NCBI GenBank assembly: GCA_003213595.1
Contig: QCMR01000001.1
Coordinates: forward strand, 24,148 to 88,147
DNA: 64,000 nt
Source of the DNA: SAR86 cluster bacterium AG-422-E19
GTDB lineage: Bacteria; Pseudomonadota; Gammaproteobacteria; Magnimaribacterales; AG-339-G14
Direction of reading: 5' to 3'
Each line of letters begins with the position of its first letter. The stretch's first letter is position 1. A program made the translations under genes and the position numbers. Below are positions 38,826 to 48,444 of this stretch, piece after piece. The notes below the pieces were generated by a model that saw nothing but the letters and a program-made list of their open reading frames with translations, was not told the DNA's origin and ran no database searches.

Positions 38826-40874
38826 TTGAATAAGATATTTAATTTTCTTTTTTTCACTGCTTTTTATTTTGGAAGCATATTTGCTTCTAATATTGAATTT
38901 GAGGCTGACAAGACTTCTTTTAACACTGAAAATGAACTTCTGTTACTTGAAGGTAATGTATCTCTAAAAATAGAAAATCTTTTATTTAAAGCCGATCAAG
39001 TAAGTTTAGATAATAAAAATAAAGTATTTTCCAGCGAAAAAATTAGTTTTTCTTCCTTAGATGACTTTCTTTATGGACAAACTAATTTTGTAAGCATTTC
39101 TGAAAATGAAACAATAATGAGGGATGTTGAATTTTCAACCTGTCCTTGTGAAGATAAAATTTGGTGGGTTGAATCCGAAGAATTGAAATTCCTAAACAGT
39201 ATCAATACCCTTGCAGCAAAAAAAAGTAAGCTCAAAGTGCAAGGTAGGACTCTAGCGTATTTGAATAATGCAAATTTTCCTATAAGCGCAAAAAGAAAAA
39301 GTGGCATTCTTCTTCCAGAAATCTCCATAAATGAAAGATCGGGTCTTGATGTAAAAATTCCGGTTTATCTCAACCTTAAAGAAAATCTTGACCTTACTGT
39401 TGAGCCGAGATTGATGACTCAAAGAGGATATGGATTAACAAACCAACTTAGATACTTAGGTCAAGGCTATGAGGGATATTTCAATTCTTCTTTTTTAAAA
39501 GATGATGAATCTTCATTCAACATTCTTGAAAGAGATGATTTTAGGTGGTCGTATAACTTTTTTCATGAGCAAAAATTTAAAGACTCTATATTTTTAAATT
39601 TTGATATTTCTTCTTCAGGAGATCCGTTTTATCTATCAGACTTGGGAAGTTTTCTCAGCGGCTTATCGAGAACTTACATATTACCTCAAAAAATTGATTT
39701 AAATTTTTTTAGTAAGAATTTGAAAATAAAAACGGATTTCAACTCTTTCAAACTAACTAATCCACTTGCAAAAAACCAATTTCAAAGACTTCCTGGGTTA
39801 GAGCTGAATTATTTTTTAAATAGAGACAAATTAAATTTCAACCTCAATATGGATTTTGCTTTTTTCAGCAAAGGCGGTGCCTTTAGAAACGCTGATAAAC
39901 AAAGCCTTATGAAAATCAACTTAAAACCTGAGATTTCACATGCTTTTACCAAAAATAATTATTTCTTGAGAACTTCTCTTGCTTTTAATTATTCTTTCAA
40001 AGATTACGACAACCAAAATTTTAGTGAATTTCTTCCTATTTTATATTTGGATCAATCTCTGAAGTTTTTTAAAAAAAATAAAACTTCTAAAGTTTATATT
40101 GAACCTTTTTTGAATTTAGCAGTATCCGATCAAAAAAAAATTATCAACGAAGTAAAGGTTGACTCTGGTTTGAAGCTATCTTCTATAAATGAAGGTCAAA
40201 CATTTGGGGATGTATTCATGAGCTACCAAAAAGATATAAATGTTGGATCTAGATTTTCAGTTTTTGATACTAGTAAAAGTAAATTAAACATAAAGCTTGA
40301 AAAGCTCTACACAATAGGTACAAAAAATTTATTTTATAAGAATTTAAAGATAGATTTTCCGGACCCATTTTCTTTGGAAATAGATTATAGAAAGAATGGA
40401 AAAATAAATTATATTTCAAGAATATCTGTTGATAGTGAAAATAACTTTAGCTCCTATAAAAATACTCTAAATTTTAATTCTGATGATTACAGACTTTCTT
40501 TGAAGCATAGTCTCATAAAAAATATTCAAATTTTTGATTTTGATCAAAATGCACTCAGTAAGAAAGAAATTAACTCTTTAGAATTCGTTGCTTCATTAAA
40601 TTTTTCAAAAAATTGGAGTGGTGGATTTAAATTCATCAACGATATTGAAACGAAAAAAAATATCACTAATGTATTTTCTATTGATTATGAAAATGATGGG
40701 TTTATTGTTGGCATTGCCTACATGAAATCTTTGGAGCTAGATTGGATAAGTATTTTGGAAAAAGATATATTTAAAGATTATCATAAGGACCGTTTGAGAA
40801 TTTATTTTGAACTCAAGGGGCTAGGATCTCTTGGAAGGCCAAAAGAGAGTTATTTGAAAAGAAGAACACTATGA
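38826..40874 (+). CDS. lptD: LPS assembly protein LptD (divergent)
   Basis: FSTCPC, RKSGILLP, PVYLNL...PR...RG, QRLP, FELKGLG; precedes surA-pdxA-rsmA. Confidence 0.85.
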   Translation: MNKIFNFLFFTAFYFGSIFASNIEFEADKTSFNTENELLLLEGNVSLKIENLLFKADQVSLDNKNKVFSSEKISFSSLDDFLYGQTNFVSISENETIMRDVEFSTCPCEDKIWWVESEELKFLNSINTLAAKKSKLKVQGRTLAYLNNANFPISAKRKSGILLPEISINERSGLDVKIPVYLNLKENLDLTVEPRLMTQRGYGLTNQLRYLGQGYEGYFNSSFLKDDESSFNILERDDFRWSYNFFHEQKFKDSIFLNFDISSSGDPFYLSDLGSFLSGLSRTYILPQKIDLNFFSKNLKIKTDFNSFKLTNPLAKNQFQRLPGLELNYFLNRDKLNFNLNMDFAFFSKGGAFRNADKQSLMKINLKPEISHAFTKNNYFLRTSLAFNYSFKDYDNQNFSEFLPILYLDQSLKFFKKNKTSKVYIEPFLNLAVSDQKKIINEVKVDSGLKLSSINEGQTFGDVFMSYQKDINVGSRFSVFDTSKSKLNIKLEKLYTIGTKNLFYKNLKIDFPDPFSLEIDYRKNGKINYISRISVDSENNFSSYKNTLNFNSDDYRLSLKHSLIKNIQIFDFDQNALSKKEINSLEFVASLNFSKNWSGGFKFINDIETKKNITNVFSIDYENDGFIVGIAYMKSLELDWISILEKDIFKDYHKDRLRIYFELKGLGSLGRPKESYLKRRTL

Positions 40875-42127
40875 TTTTAAGAACGTTAATATTCCTCATT
40901 TTCGCAAACACATTAATTTCAGAAATAAGCTTTATAGATCAAATTGCGATTATTGTCGATGAAGGAATAATTATGGAATCTGAATTGAATGAAGCTTTAG
41001 AAAATACAGTAAAGAATTTTGAAGAAAGTGGTGAAAGGCTTCCTCCTAAGGAAATTCTTTTTTCGAGAGTTACCGAAAGATTGATTATGGATGAAATACT
41101 TTTACAAAAAGGTGAGAAATTTGGAATCAGAATAAGTGATCAAGAACTTAATGAGTCCCTAGTAAGATATGCTGAAAAGGACGGTCTTAGTCTGCAGGAA
41201 TTGAAAAAGAAAATTGAAGGTGAAAATAACTCATTCAAAGACTTTAGAGAGTCGTTGAAGAAAGAAATGATTATCAGGAGAGTTCAGTCAGGTTTAGTAA
41301 GGCCAAAAATTATTGTTTCAGATCAGGAATTGATAAATTACATTGACTCTGCTGAAGGTCAAAACTTAATATCCATTGAATATAAGATTAATCAAATTTT
41401 ATTAAAAAATGATAATGATGAAGAGAATCAAAGCAAAGCTTTGGAAGTCATTAAAGAGATAAATAACGGACTATCGTTTTCTGAAGCGACAAAAAAATAT
41501 TCAAGTTTGTTCAACAATGGGGATAATGGGAATTTAAACTGGAGAACAAAGTCAAACATTCCTACTTTATTTGTAGATCATTTAAACAAAATGAAAAAAA
41601 TGGAAGTTTACGGGCCAATAAAAAGTGGAGCCGGACTTCACCTTCTTCAATTAGAAGATATAAGGGGCGAAACCATTCAGATTGAATCTCAAACACTTGT
41701 TCAACATATTCTGATAGAAGAATCTGAAATTAGAAGTGAAAAACAATCAAAAGATCTAATAATTGAATTGCATGAAAGACAAAGCAAAGGGGAAGAAATG
41801 AGCATCTTGGCGAGAGTATATTCTGACGATCCTGGCTCAAAGCTAGATGGTGGAAAACTCGATTGGGCTCCTGAGGGGATTTATGATAAGACTTTTGAAA
41901 AGGTAATGATGGAGACAAAAATTGGTGAGGTAAGTAAGCCATTTAAGAGTGCTTTCGGTTGGCATTTTTTGAAAGTCTTGGATAGAAGAGAAAAAAATAT
42001 TTCAGATGAACGTTTGAAAGATAAGGCTTTTGGCATTCTTTTTCAAAGAAAATATAGAGAACAACTGCAAAATACCCTTGAAGAAATAAGATCTGAAGCT
42101 TTTGTAGACATAAAAATTTCTTCATGA
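40871..42127 (+). CDS. surA: Periplasmic chaperone/PPIase SurA
   Basis: SurA N-domain and two parvulin domains (HIL, YSDDPGS..GG.LDW, FGWH). Confidence 0.93.
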   Translation: MILRTLIFLIFANTLISEISFIDQIAIIVDEGIIMESELNEALENTVKNFEESGERLPPKEILFSRVTERLIMDEILLQKGEKFGIRISDQELNESLVRYAEKDGLSLQELKKKIEGENNSFKDFRESLKKEMIIRRVQSGLVRPKIIVSDQELINYIDSAEGQNLISIEYKINQILLKNDNDEENQSKALEVIKEINNGLSFSEATKKYSSLFNNGDNGNLNWRTKSNIPTLFVDHLNKMKKMEVYGPIKSGAGLHLLQLEDIRGETIQIESQTLVQHILIEESEIRSEKQSKDLIIELHERQSKGEEMSILARVYSDDPGSKLDGGKLDWAPEGIYDKTFEKVMMETKIGEVSKPFKSAFGWHFLKVLDRREKNISDERLKDKAFGILFQRKYREQLQNTLEEIRSEAFVDIKISS

Positions 42128-43068
42128 CCAAATTTTTTATTTCGCCGGGTGATCCTGCTGGCATTGGCCCCGAAGTAACTCTTAAAGCCTTATCAAAAAA
42201 TAAAAAGATACAGAACAACTTTATCCTGGCTGGAGATAAAAATTTATATCAAAACCTCATTAGCCAAAACAATCTTGATCTTAATTTGATCGAAGAGGAT
42301 TCTGATGAAGAAGGCGTTATTTTCAAACACTTTCCTCTAAAGAATAATGTTTCGATAGGCAATCCAGATGTAGGCAATACAAACTATATTATTGATATTC
42401 TTTCTCACGGTGCTCTAGGTTGTCTCAAAAATAAGTTCAAAGGTCTTATTACTGGGCCAATAAATAAAGAATTGATTAATCAATCTGGATTTGAATTCTC
42501 GGGTCATACAGAGTTTCTAGCAGATATTGCTAATGTTAAAAAAGTAGTAATGCTTTTAATGAACAAAAAATTAAAGATTGCTCTTCTTACTACCCACATT
42601 CCTCTCTCTGAAGTACCATCCAAAATTTCAAAAAAAAATCTAGAAAATACCATTTCCATTATTTCTGATGAGTTTGAAAATACTTGGAAAATTAAAAATC
42701 CGTCTATCTGTCTTTTGGGACTTAATCCACATGCCGGCGAAGGAGGTTATATTGGTCATGAGGAAGAGGAAATATTGAAACCTTTCGTGAATTCCTCCCC
42801 TAAAAATGTTTTTGGCCCAATATCTGCAGATACGGCATTTATTGAAGAAAATATGAATAAGTACGATGTTTTTCTTGCCATGTATCATGATCAGGGATTA
42901 CCCGTAATTAAATCAATGGGTTTTGGCAATACGCTAAATGTAACTATGGGATTACCTTTTATAAGAATTTCGGTAGATCATGGAACAGCTTATGAAATAG
43001 CAGGAAAAAATAAAGCTGATTTTTCTAGCATGGACGAAGCTTTAAAGACATCTTTTTCTCTGCTTTAA
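42124..43068 (+). CDS. pdxA: 4-hydroxythreonine-4-phosphate dehydrogenase
   Basis: GDPAGIGPE, GHTEFL, NPHAGE, MYHDQG, SVDHGTA. Confidence 0.96.
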   Translation: MTKFFISPGDPAGIGPEVTLKALSKNKKIQNNFILAGDKNLYQNLISQNNLDLNLIEEDSDEEGVIFKHFPLKNNVSIGNPDVGNTNYIIDILSHGALGCLKNKFKGLITGPINKELINQSGFEFSGHTEFLADIANVKKVVMLLMNKKLKIALLTTHIPLSEVPSKISKKNLENTISIISDEFENTWKIKNPSICLLGLNPHAGEGGYIGHEEEEILKPFVNSSPKNVFGPISADTAFIEENMNKYDVFLAMYHDQGLPVIKSMGFGNTLNVTMGLPFIRISVDHGTAYEIAGKNKADFSSMDEALKTSFSLL

Positions 43069-43069
43069 A

Positions 43070-43840
43070 ATGCAAGCAAAAAAGAGATTTGGGCAAAACT
43101 TTTTAACAGACAAAAAACTATTAGAAGATTTAGTAAATCTTATCAATGTTGCTTCTAACGATAGAGTTTTAGAAATTGGTCCGGGAAAGGGAGACTTAAC
43201 AAAAATCCTCGTAAATATTTGTGACTCCTATTTTGGAATAGAATTAGATAAGGATTTATTAATCTTTTTGAAAAAGAAGTTTCCGAAAAATATAAATGCT
43301 TTTATTGGCGGAGATATCTTGAAACTAAACCCCTCAGACATTTATGCCTCAAAAGAGTTTCGAGTTATTGGAAATATTCCCTACAACATATCAAGTCCAA
43401 TCTTAGATTGGTGCGAAAAGCATTATGAAAAAATACTCGACATGCATTTCATGCTTCAAAAAGAGTTTGCATTAAGATGTGCTGGAAACGAAAAGACTTC
43501 ATCCTATGGGAGGTTAAGTGTCATTTGCAATTATTTATATGAGGTCACAATTTTAAAAGAAGTTTCAAAGGAATTTTTTAATCCTGAACCCAAAGTAGAT
43601 AGCTTGTTTGTAAAATTTTACCCAAAGAAAAAAAAAGTGAATCTAAAAGAGTTGCATAATTTAAAGAAAGTTACGCGGGCTTTGTTTAATAAAAAGAGAA
43701 AAAAAATTTCCAATTCTCTTGAAGATATCCTTCATAAAGAAAGTATCAAGAAATTAAATCTGAATTTAAATCTTCGTCCAGATGAACTATCTTTAAATGA
43801 GTTTCTTCAAATATCTGCATTGGTGAAGGATGATGGCTAA
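43070..43840 (+). CDS. rsmA: 16S rRNA dimethyladenosine transferase
   Basis: KRFGQNFL, LEIGPG, GNIPYNIS, YGRLSV. Confidence 0.96.
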   Translation: MQAKKRFGQNFLTDKKLLEDLVNLINVASNDRVLEIGPGKGDLTKILVNICDSYFGIELDKDLLIFLKKKFPKNINAFIGGDILKLNPSDIYASKEFRVIGNIPYNISSPILDWCEKHYEKILDMHFMLQKEFALRCAGNEKTSSYGRLSVICNYLYEVTILKEVSKEFFNPEPKVDSLFVKFYPKKKKVNLKELHNLKKVTRALFNKKRKKISNSLEDILHKESIKKLNLNLNLRPDELSLNEFLQISALVKDDG

Positions 43841-44651
43841 TTACGCAGTTGGAGATATTCAAGGTTGTTTTGAAGAGTTCAAAGAAGGTTTAGAGCTAAT
43901 AAAATTTAAAAGTTCAAAAGATTTTTTGTGGATTACAGGTGATCTAATCAATAGGGGTCCAGACTCTTTTAAAGTTTTAGAATATGTCTTCAAAATTAAA
44001 GATTCAGTTCACATAGTCTTAGGTAATCATGACTTACATTATCTAAATTGTTTCTTTAACAATAGAAGTCTTAGTGATGAAGATACTTTTCAATCTCAAA
44101 TGTTCCATAAAAAAAGTTCAAAAATGGCTAAATTTCTCTTGCAACAGCCTTTTGTATTCTCAAAAAAAATTTTAACTAAAAGAAAACCTATTCAAGTTGC
44201 CATGGTTCACGCAGGAATTCCAAGAAATATGTCGCTTAAAAAGGCTGAAACTTTTTCTAAACTTTGCGAGTTAAAATTAATAAATGATCCAAAAAAAAAT
44301 TTAAAAAAAATTTTTGAAGATAAAAAAAATTTCCATTCAGTTGACTCTTTTAGTGGTTTAGTAAATTTTTTTACGAGAGTTAGAGTTGTAAATAAAAATG
44401 GATTTCCTAATTTCTCATTCAAAGGCAGAAAAAAAAACATTCCTTCTAATTTAGTCGCATGGTTTAAAAAAGAAAATAAAATAATGAATGATGTTGATCT
44501 TTTGGTCTTTGGCCATTGGGCAGCTCTTCAGGGCAAGACAGATATATCTAATATCATAGCCTTAGATACTGGATGTTGTTGGGGAAAAGAATTAACATTT
44601 TTAAGATTGGAAGATCAAAAAAAATTTGTAATTAAAAGTAAACAAAAATGA
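43830..44651 (+). CDS. apaH: Symmetrical bis(5'-nucleosyl)-tetraphosphatase
   Basis: GDIQGC, GDLINRGP, LGNHDLH, VHAG, FGHWAAL, LDTGC. Confidence 0.94.
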   Translation: MMANYAVGDIQGCFEEFKEGLELIKFKSSKDFLWITGDLINRGPDSFKVLEYVFKIKDSVHIVLGNHDLHYLNCFFNNRSLSDEDTFQSQMFHKKSSKMAKFLLQQPFVFSKKILTKRKPIQVAMVHAGIPRNMSLKKAETFSKLCELKLINDPKKNLKKIFEDKKNFHSVDSFSGLVNFFTRVRVVNKNGFPNFSFKGRKKNIPSNLVAWFKKENKIMNDVDLLVFGHWAALQGKTDISNIIALDTGCCWGKELTFLRLEDQKKFVIKSKQK

Positions 44652-45727
44652 GAGTTTTCTTAGTCGGTGGAGCAATAAGAGATGAGTTATTGGGAATTCC
44701 TTTCAATGAAAAGGACTGGGTTGTTGTAAATTCATCTCATAGGGAAATGTTAAAACAAGGCTTTAAACAGGTCGGAAAAAACTTTCCGGTTTATTTGCAT
44801 CCCGAAACAAAAGAAGAATATGCTTTAGCTAGAAAAGAAACAAAAATCGGAATGGGTCATAAAAATTTTTCATTTAATACAAAATCTAACGTTTCACTCA
44901 ATGAAGATTTAAAAAGAAGAGACATTACTATAAATGCTATTGCTAAGGATGAGTCTGGAAAATTATATGACCCTTTTGGAGGAATTAAAGACCTTAAAGA
45001 CAGAAGGATTAGAATAGTTTCCAAAGCTTTTTCCGAAGATCCCTTGAGGCTTTTTAGAGTTGCAAGATTTAAATCAAAACTAGCTGATTTTAATTTCTCA
45101 ATTTCCAGAGATTCTTTAAAGGTTTTAAAAAAAATGTCTTTAAACAATGAGATAAATTTTCTTTCTGGAGAAAGAATTTGGGATGAAACGCAAAAGGCTC
45201 TTAGTTATAAAAATTCTAGTAAATATTTTGCAACTCTAAAAAAAGTTGGAGCTCTCAAATACTTTGATGGAATTGAAAAGGCCTACTCTAAAAATCTTAA
45301 GTTTCTTAAAAAAATGGATAATGAAACAAATATGATTATTGAAAAATGGGCAATAATTAATCTAAATTCAAATCACGCTGAAATTCTTGAAAGAAAGATT
45401 AGGGTTCCAAATAAAATTACAAATTTTAGAAAAACACTTAATGAACTATTTCAAATTATTAAAAAGAAAAATATTAATGAAAAAAAACTTTTAACCAGCC
45501 TTAACAAAATGAATTTTTTTAGGAATGAATCATATTTAATAGATTCATTAGACTTACTTCAAAAGTTAAAAATAATTTCTTCAAAAAAAAATAAAAATTG
45601 GAAATCTTTCTTGAAAGAACTAAAAAAAGTTAAAGTAAAAACATCCGGTCTTAGAGCAGAAGAAATTAAAGAAAAAATATTTAATGAAAGATTAAAAGCA
45701 ATTCAGAATAAAAAAAATGATTTATAA
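44648..45727 (+). CDS. cca: CCA-adding tRNA nucleotidyltransferase (short form)
   Basis: VGGAIRD, EYALARKE, DLKRRDITINA, EDPLR..RVARF, ERIW.E. Confidence 0.92.
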   Translation: MRVFLVGGAIRDELLGIPFNEKDWVVVNSSHREMLKQGFKQVGKNFPVYLHPETKEEYALARKETKIGMGHKNFSFNTKSNVSLNEDLKRRDITINAIAKDESGKLYDPFGGIKDLKDRRIRIVSKAFSEDPLRLFRVARFKSKLADFNFSISRDSLKVLKKMSLNNEINFLSGERIWDETQKALSYKNSSKYFATLKKVGALKYFDGIEKAYSKNLKFLKKMDNETNMIIEKWAIINLNSNHAEILERKIRVPNKITNFRKTLNELFQIIKKKNINEKKLLTSLNKMNFFRNESYLIDSLDLLQKLKIISSKKNKNWKSFLKELKKVKVKTSGLRAEEIKEKIFNERLKAIQNKKNDL

Positions 45728-46439
45728 AACTGCCTTAATTACTGGAGGAGCAATAAGAATTGGTAAAGATATATGTAAAAAACTGCATGAAAACGGTTAC
45801 AACATCATTTGCCATTACAACAAATCAGAAAATGAAGCAAAAGACCTTAAATCCGAATTAAACAAATTAAGAAAAGATAGTTGTGAGATTTTTAGCTTAG
45901 ATCTTAATGATTTTGAACAAGTGAAAGAGCTGACAAGTAAGATAAATAATAATTCTAATTCTCTGGATCTTTTGGTAAATAATGCCTCATCTTTTTTTAA
46001 AACAGATGTGGAAAATCATAATGACTCAGACTGGGATGATCTTATTAACTCTAATTTACGAGGGCCGTTCTTGTTATCAAGGCACTGTAAAAAAATGCTT
46101 TCAGAATCTAAAGGATTGATAATTAATATATCTGATGCAATGGTTAATAGAGGAATGAAAAACTACGTTATTTACTCTATGGCAAAAGCAGGGCTTGAAA
46201 ATTTAACCAAAACTCTTGCGCGTGAGTTTGCTCCCGAAGTAAGAGTAAATGCCGTTGCCCCCGGCGCAATATTGTTACCTTCAGATGGCTCATCTGAAGA
46301 ACAAGATCTGCTAAATGAAATTCCTTTAAATAGAATTGGAACAGAGAAAGATATTTCTGAGGCAGTGCTTGGATTGACTAAATTTTCCTACGTGACCGGT
46401 CAGATTTTAAAAATTGATGGTGGCAGATCTTTAAATTGA
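45717..46439 (+). CDS. Pteridine reductase (FolM-like SDR)
   Basis: TGGAIRIG, NNASSF, YSMAK; next to cca and the fol genes. Confidence 0.85.
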   Translation: MIYKTALITGGAIRIGKDICKKLHENGYNIICHYNKSENEAKDLKSELNKLRKDSCEIFSLDLNDFEQVKELTSKINNNSNSLDLLVNNASSFFKTDVENHNDSDWDDLINSNLRGPFLLSRHCKKMLSESKGLIINISDAMVNRGMKNYVIYSMAKAGLENLTKTLAREFAPEVRVNAVAPGAILLPSDGSSEEQDLLNEIPLNRIGTEKDISEAVLGLTKFSYVTGQILKIDGGRSLN

Positions 46440-46466
46440 TGTATATTTACTTTTTTTAAGAAAAGC

Positions 46467-47516
46467 ATGAATAGCAAATTCAAAGGGGAATATTCAGGTA
46501 CAAAAAACGTATCAGAAAGACATGAGATTCATCAAAACAAGCTTCAAGAATTTCTCAATGACAAATTAGAAAACTTTGGAGATATAAAATCAATTGAAGA
46601 ATTCGTTGGAGGGCAATCCAACCCTACTTACCTTTTAAAAACTCAAAGAGAATCTTATGTCTTAAGAAGAAAGCCTCCAGGGAAGCTTTTGAAATCCGCG
46701 CATGCAGTTGATAGAGAATACAAAGTAATTGCTGCCTTGAATAAAACAGATGTTCCGGTTCCAAAAGCCTATATACATTGCGAAGATGAATCAGTCATTG
46801 GAACAGAATTCTTCTTGATGAGTTTTGTAGATGGGGAAGTAATGTGGGAACCTCATATCCCTCAAGCATCTAATGAAGAAAGACAAAAGATCTATCATTC
46901 TATGAACGAAACGATTGCGATGTTACACAGTGTTGATCATGAAAGCATTGGGCTAGAAACTTTTGGAAAACCTGGAAATTATGTTGGTCGACAAGTTGCA
47001 AGATGGTCCAAACAATATGTTGCATCGGAAACGAGAGAAATAAAATCTATGAACAATCTTATGGAGTGGTTGCCAAAAAACCTCCCTGCTGAAAAAGCAA
47101 CAAAACTTGTTCATGGTGACTTTAGTTTAAGCAACGTCATGATTGACTTAAAAACTTTTAAAATTTGCGCAATACTGGATTGGGAGCTTTCTACGCTAGG
47201 AGATCCTGCTGCAGATTTTAGTTATCACTGTATTCAATATAAGTTAAACCCCGTTTTATCGGATGAAAAACAATGCAAAGATTTGGGTATTCCTACTGAA
47301 ATGGAATATTTAGAAATGTATGAAGAGAAAACTGGTTATCAAATCAAACCGGAGTGGAATTTGTACATGGGTTTTAATTTATTTAAGTTAGCAGCAATCA
47401 GTCAAGGAATTATGGGCAGAGTCAGAGACGGAACTGCAGCAGGTAAAAATGCTGACTCTTTTGGCGAAAATGCCGTTATGATGGCTGATGAAGCTTGGAA
47501 ATTAATTAACGAGTGA
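46467..47516 (+). CDS. APH-family phosphotransferase, ACAD10/11 kinase / LvaA-like
   Basis: GGQSNPTY, VLRRKPPGKLLKSAHAVDREY, HGDF, LDWELSTLGDP. Confidence 0.88.
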   Translation: MNSKFKGEYSGTKNVSERHEIHQNKLQEFLNDKLENFGDIKSIEEFVGGQSNPTYLLKTQRESYVLRRKPPGKLLKSAHAVDREYKVIAALNKTDVPVPKAYIHCEDESVIGTEFFLMSFVDGEVMWEPHIPQASNEERQKIYHSMNETIAMLHSVDHESIGLETFGKPGNYVGRQVARWSKQYVASETREIKSMNNLMEWLPKNLPAEKATKLVHGDFSLSNVMIDLKTFKICAILDWELSTLGDPAADFSYHCIQYKLNPVLSDEKQCKDLGIPTEMEYLEMYEEKTGYQIKPEWNLYMGFNLFKLAAISQGIMGRVRDGTAAGKNADSFGENAVMMADEAWKLINE

Positions 47517-47523
47517 GGTAAAA

Positions 47524-48006
47524 ATGTCAAAAATAAAAATGCCAGTCGAAAAAAGTCACATCATGATGTTTGCGAGATCAATTGGAGATGCAAATCCTAA
47601 ATATTATGAAGAAAAAGATGAAAACGTTATTGCACCTCCTACTTTTATTCAATCTAGTGCGCAATTTGATCCTGATTATTTTTTAAGACCAAAAATCGGT
47701 GGTGATAATTGGTTTGGATCTGGTAAAGAAGCTACTGGAATGAAATCATCGGGTTCTGGCTCTGGGGGTGGAGGAGCAGCAATGGGCCTTCATGCTGAAC
47801 AACATTATGAATACCATAAACCTTTGAAAGTGGGCGATGTTATTACTGCTGAAGTTAAACCAGGAAAATCTTGGGAAAAAGAAAGCAAAAGAGCCGGAAA
47901 ATTAAAATTTAGTGAAAGTGTAACCGAATACAGAAATCAAGATGGTGAGCTCATCATTACTGCAACTTCTGTTGGCGTGGTTACAGAAAAACCTGTAGAA
48001 AATTAG
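47524..48006 (+). CDS. MaoC-N / FAS1-like dehydratase subunit
   Basis: FARSIGDANP...APPTF...LHAEQHYEY. Confidence 0.82.
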   Translation: MSKIKMPVEKSHIMMFARSIGDANPKYYEEKDENVIAPPTFIQSSAQFDPDYFLRPKIGGDNWFGSGKEATGMKSSGSGSGGGGAAMGLHAEQHYEYHKPLKVGDVITAEVKPGKSWEKESKRAGKLKFSESVTEYRNQDGELIITATSVGVVTEKPVEN

Positions 48007-48015
48007 GAGAAGGAT

Positions 48016-48432
48016 ATGTTGAAGAAAAATGAAATTAAAGTTGGAGATACTTATTCTGAAAAGCTCGTAGAAGATTTGAAGAGAACTCAAATTGTTCAAT
48101 ATGCTGGAGCATCTGGTGACTACAACCCTCTCCATTCCGATGATAAATTCACTAAAGAAATTGCCGGTTATCCAGGTGTCTTTGCTCATGGAATGTTGTC
48201 GATGGGAATGACGGGTAAGATGCTTACAAACTTCGTAGGTGACGGCACGCTTAAAAAATATGGCGTTCGTTTTACCAATCAAGTTTGGCCTGGAGATTCT
48301 TTAGAAAGCACTGCAACAATCATAGATATCAAAGAAGAGGATGGTGAAACCCTCGCTGAGATTGCTATTGAAACAAAGAATCAAGACGGTGCTACTGTTA
48401 TCACTGGCTCTGCTACTGCAAAAGTAGGCTAA
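48016..48432 (+). CDS. MaoC family dehydratase (HadB-like)
   Basis: YAGASGDYNPLHSD...GVFAHGM hydratase-2 motif. Confidence 0.9.
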   Translation: MLKKNEIKVGDTYSEKLVEDLKRTQIVQYAGASGDYNPLHSDDKFTKEIAGYPGVFAHGMLSMGMTGKMLTNFVGDGTLKKYGVRFTNQVWPGDSLESTATIIDIKEEDGETLAEIAIETKNQDGATVITGSATAKVG

Positions 48433-48444
48433 TAAATAAGTTTT

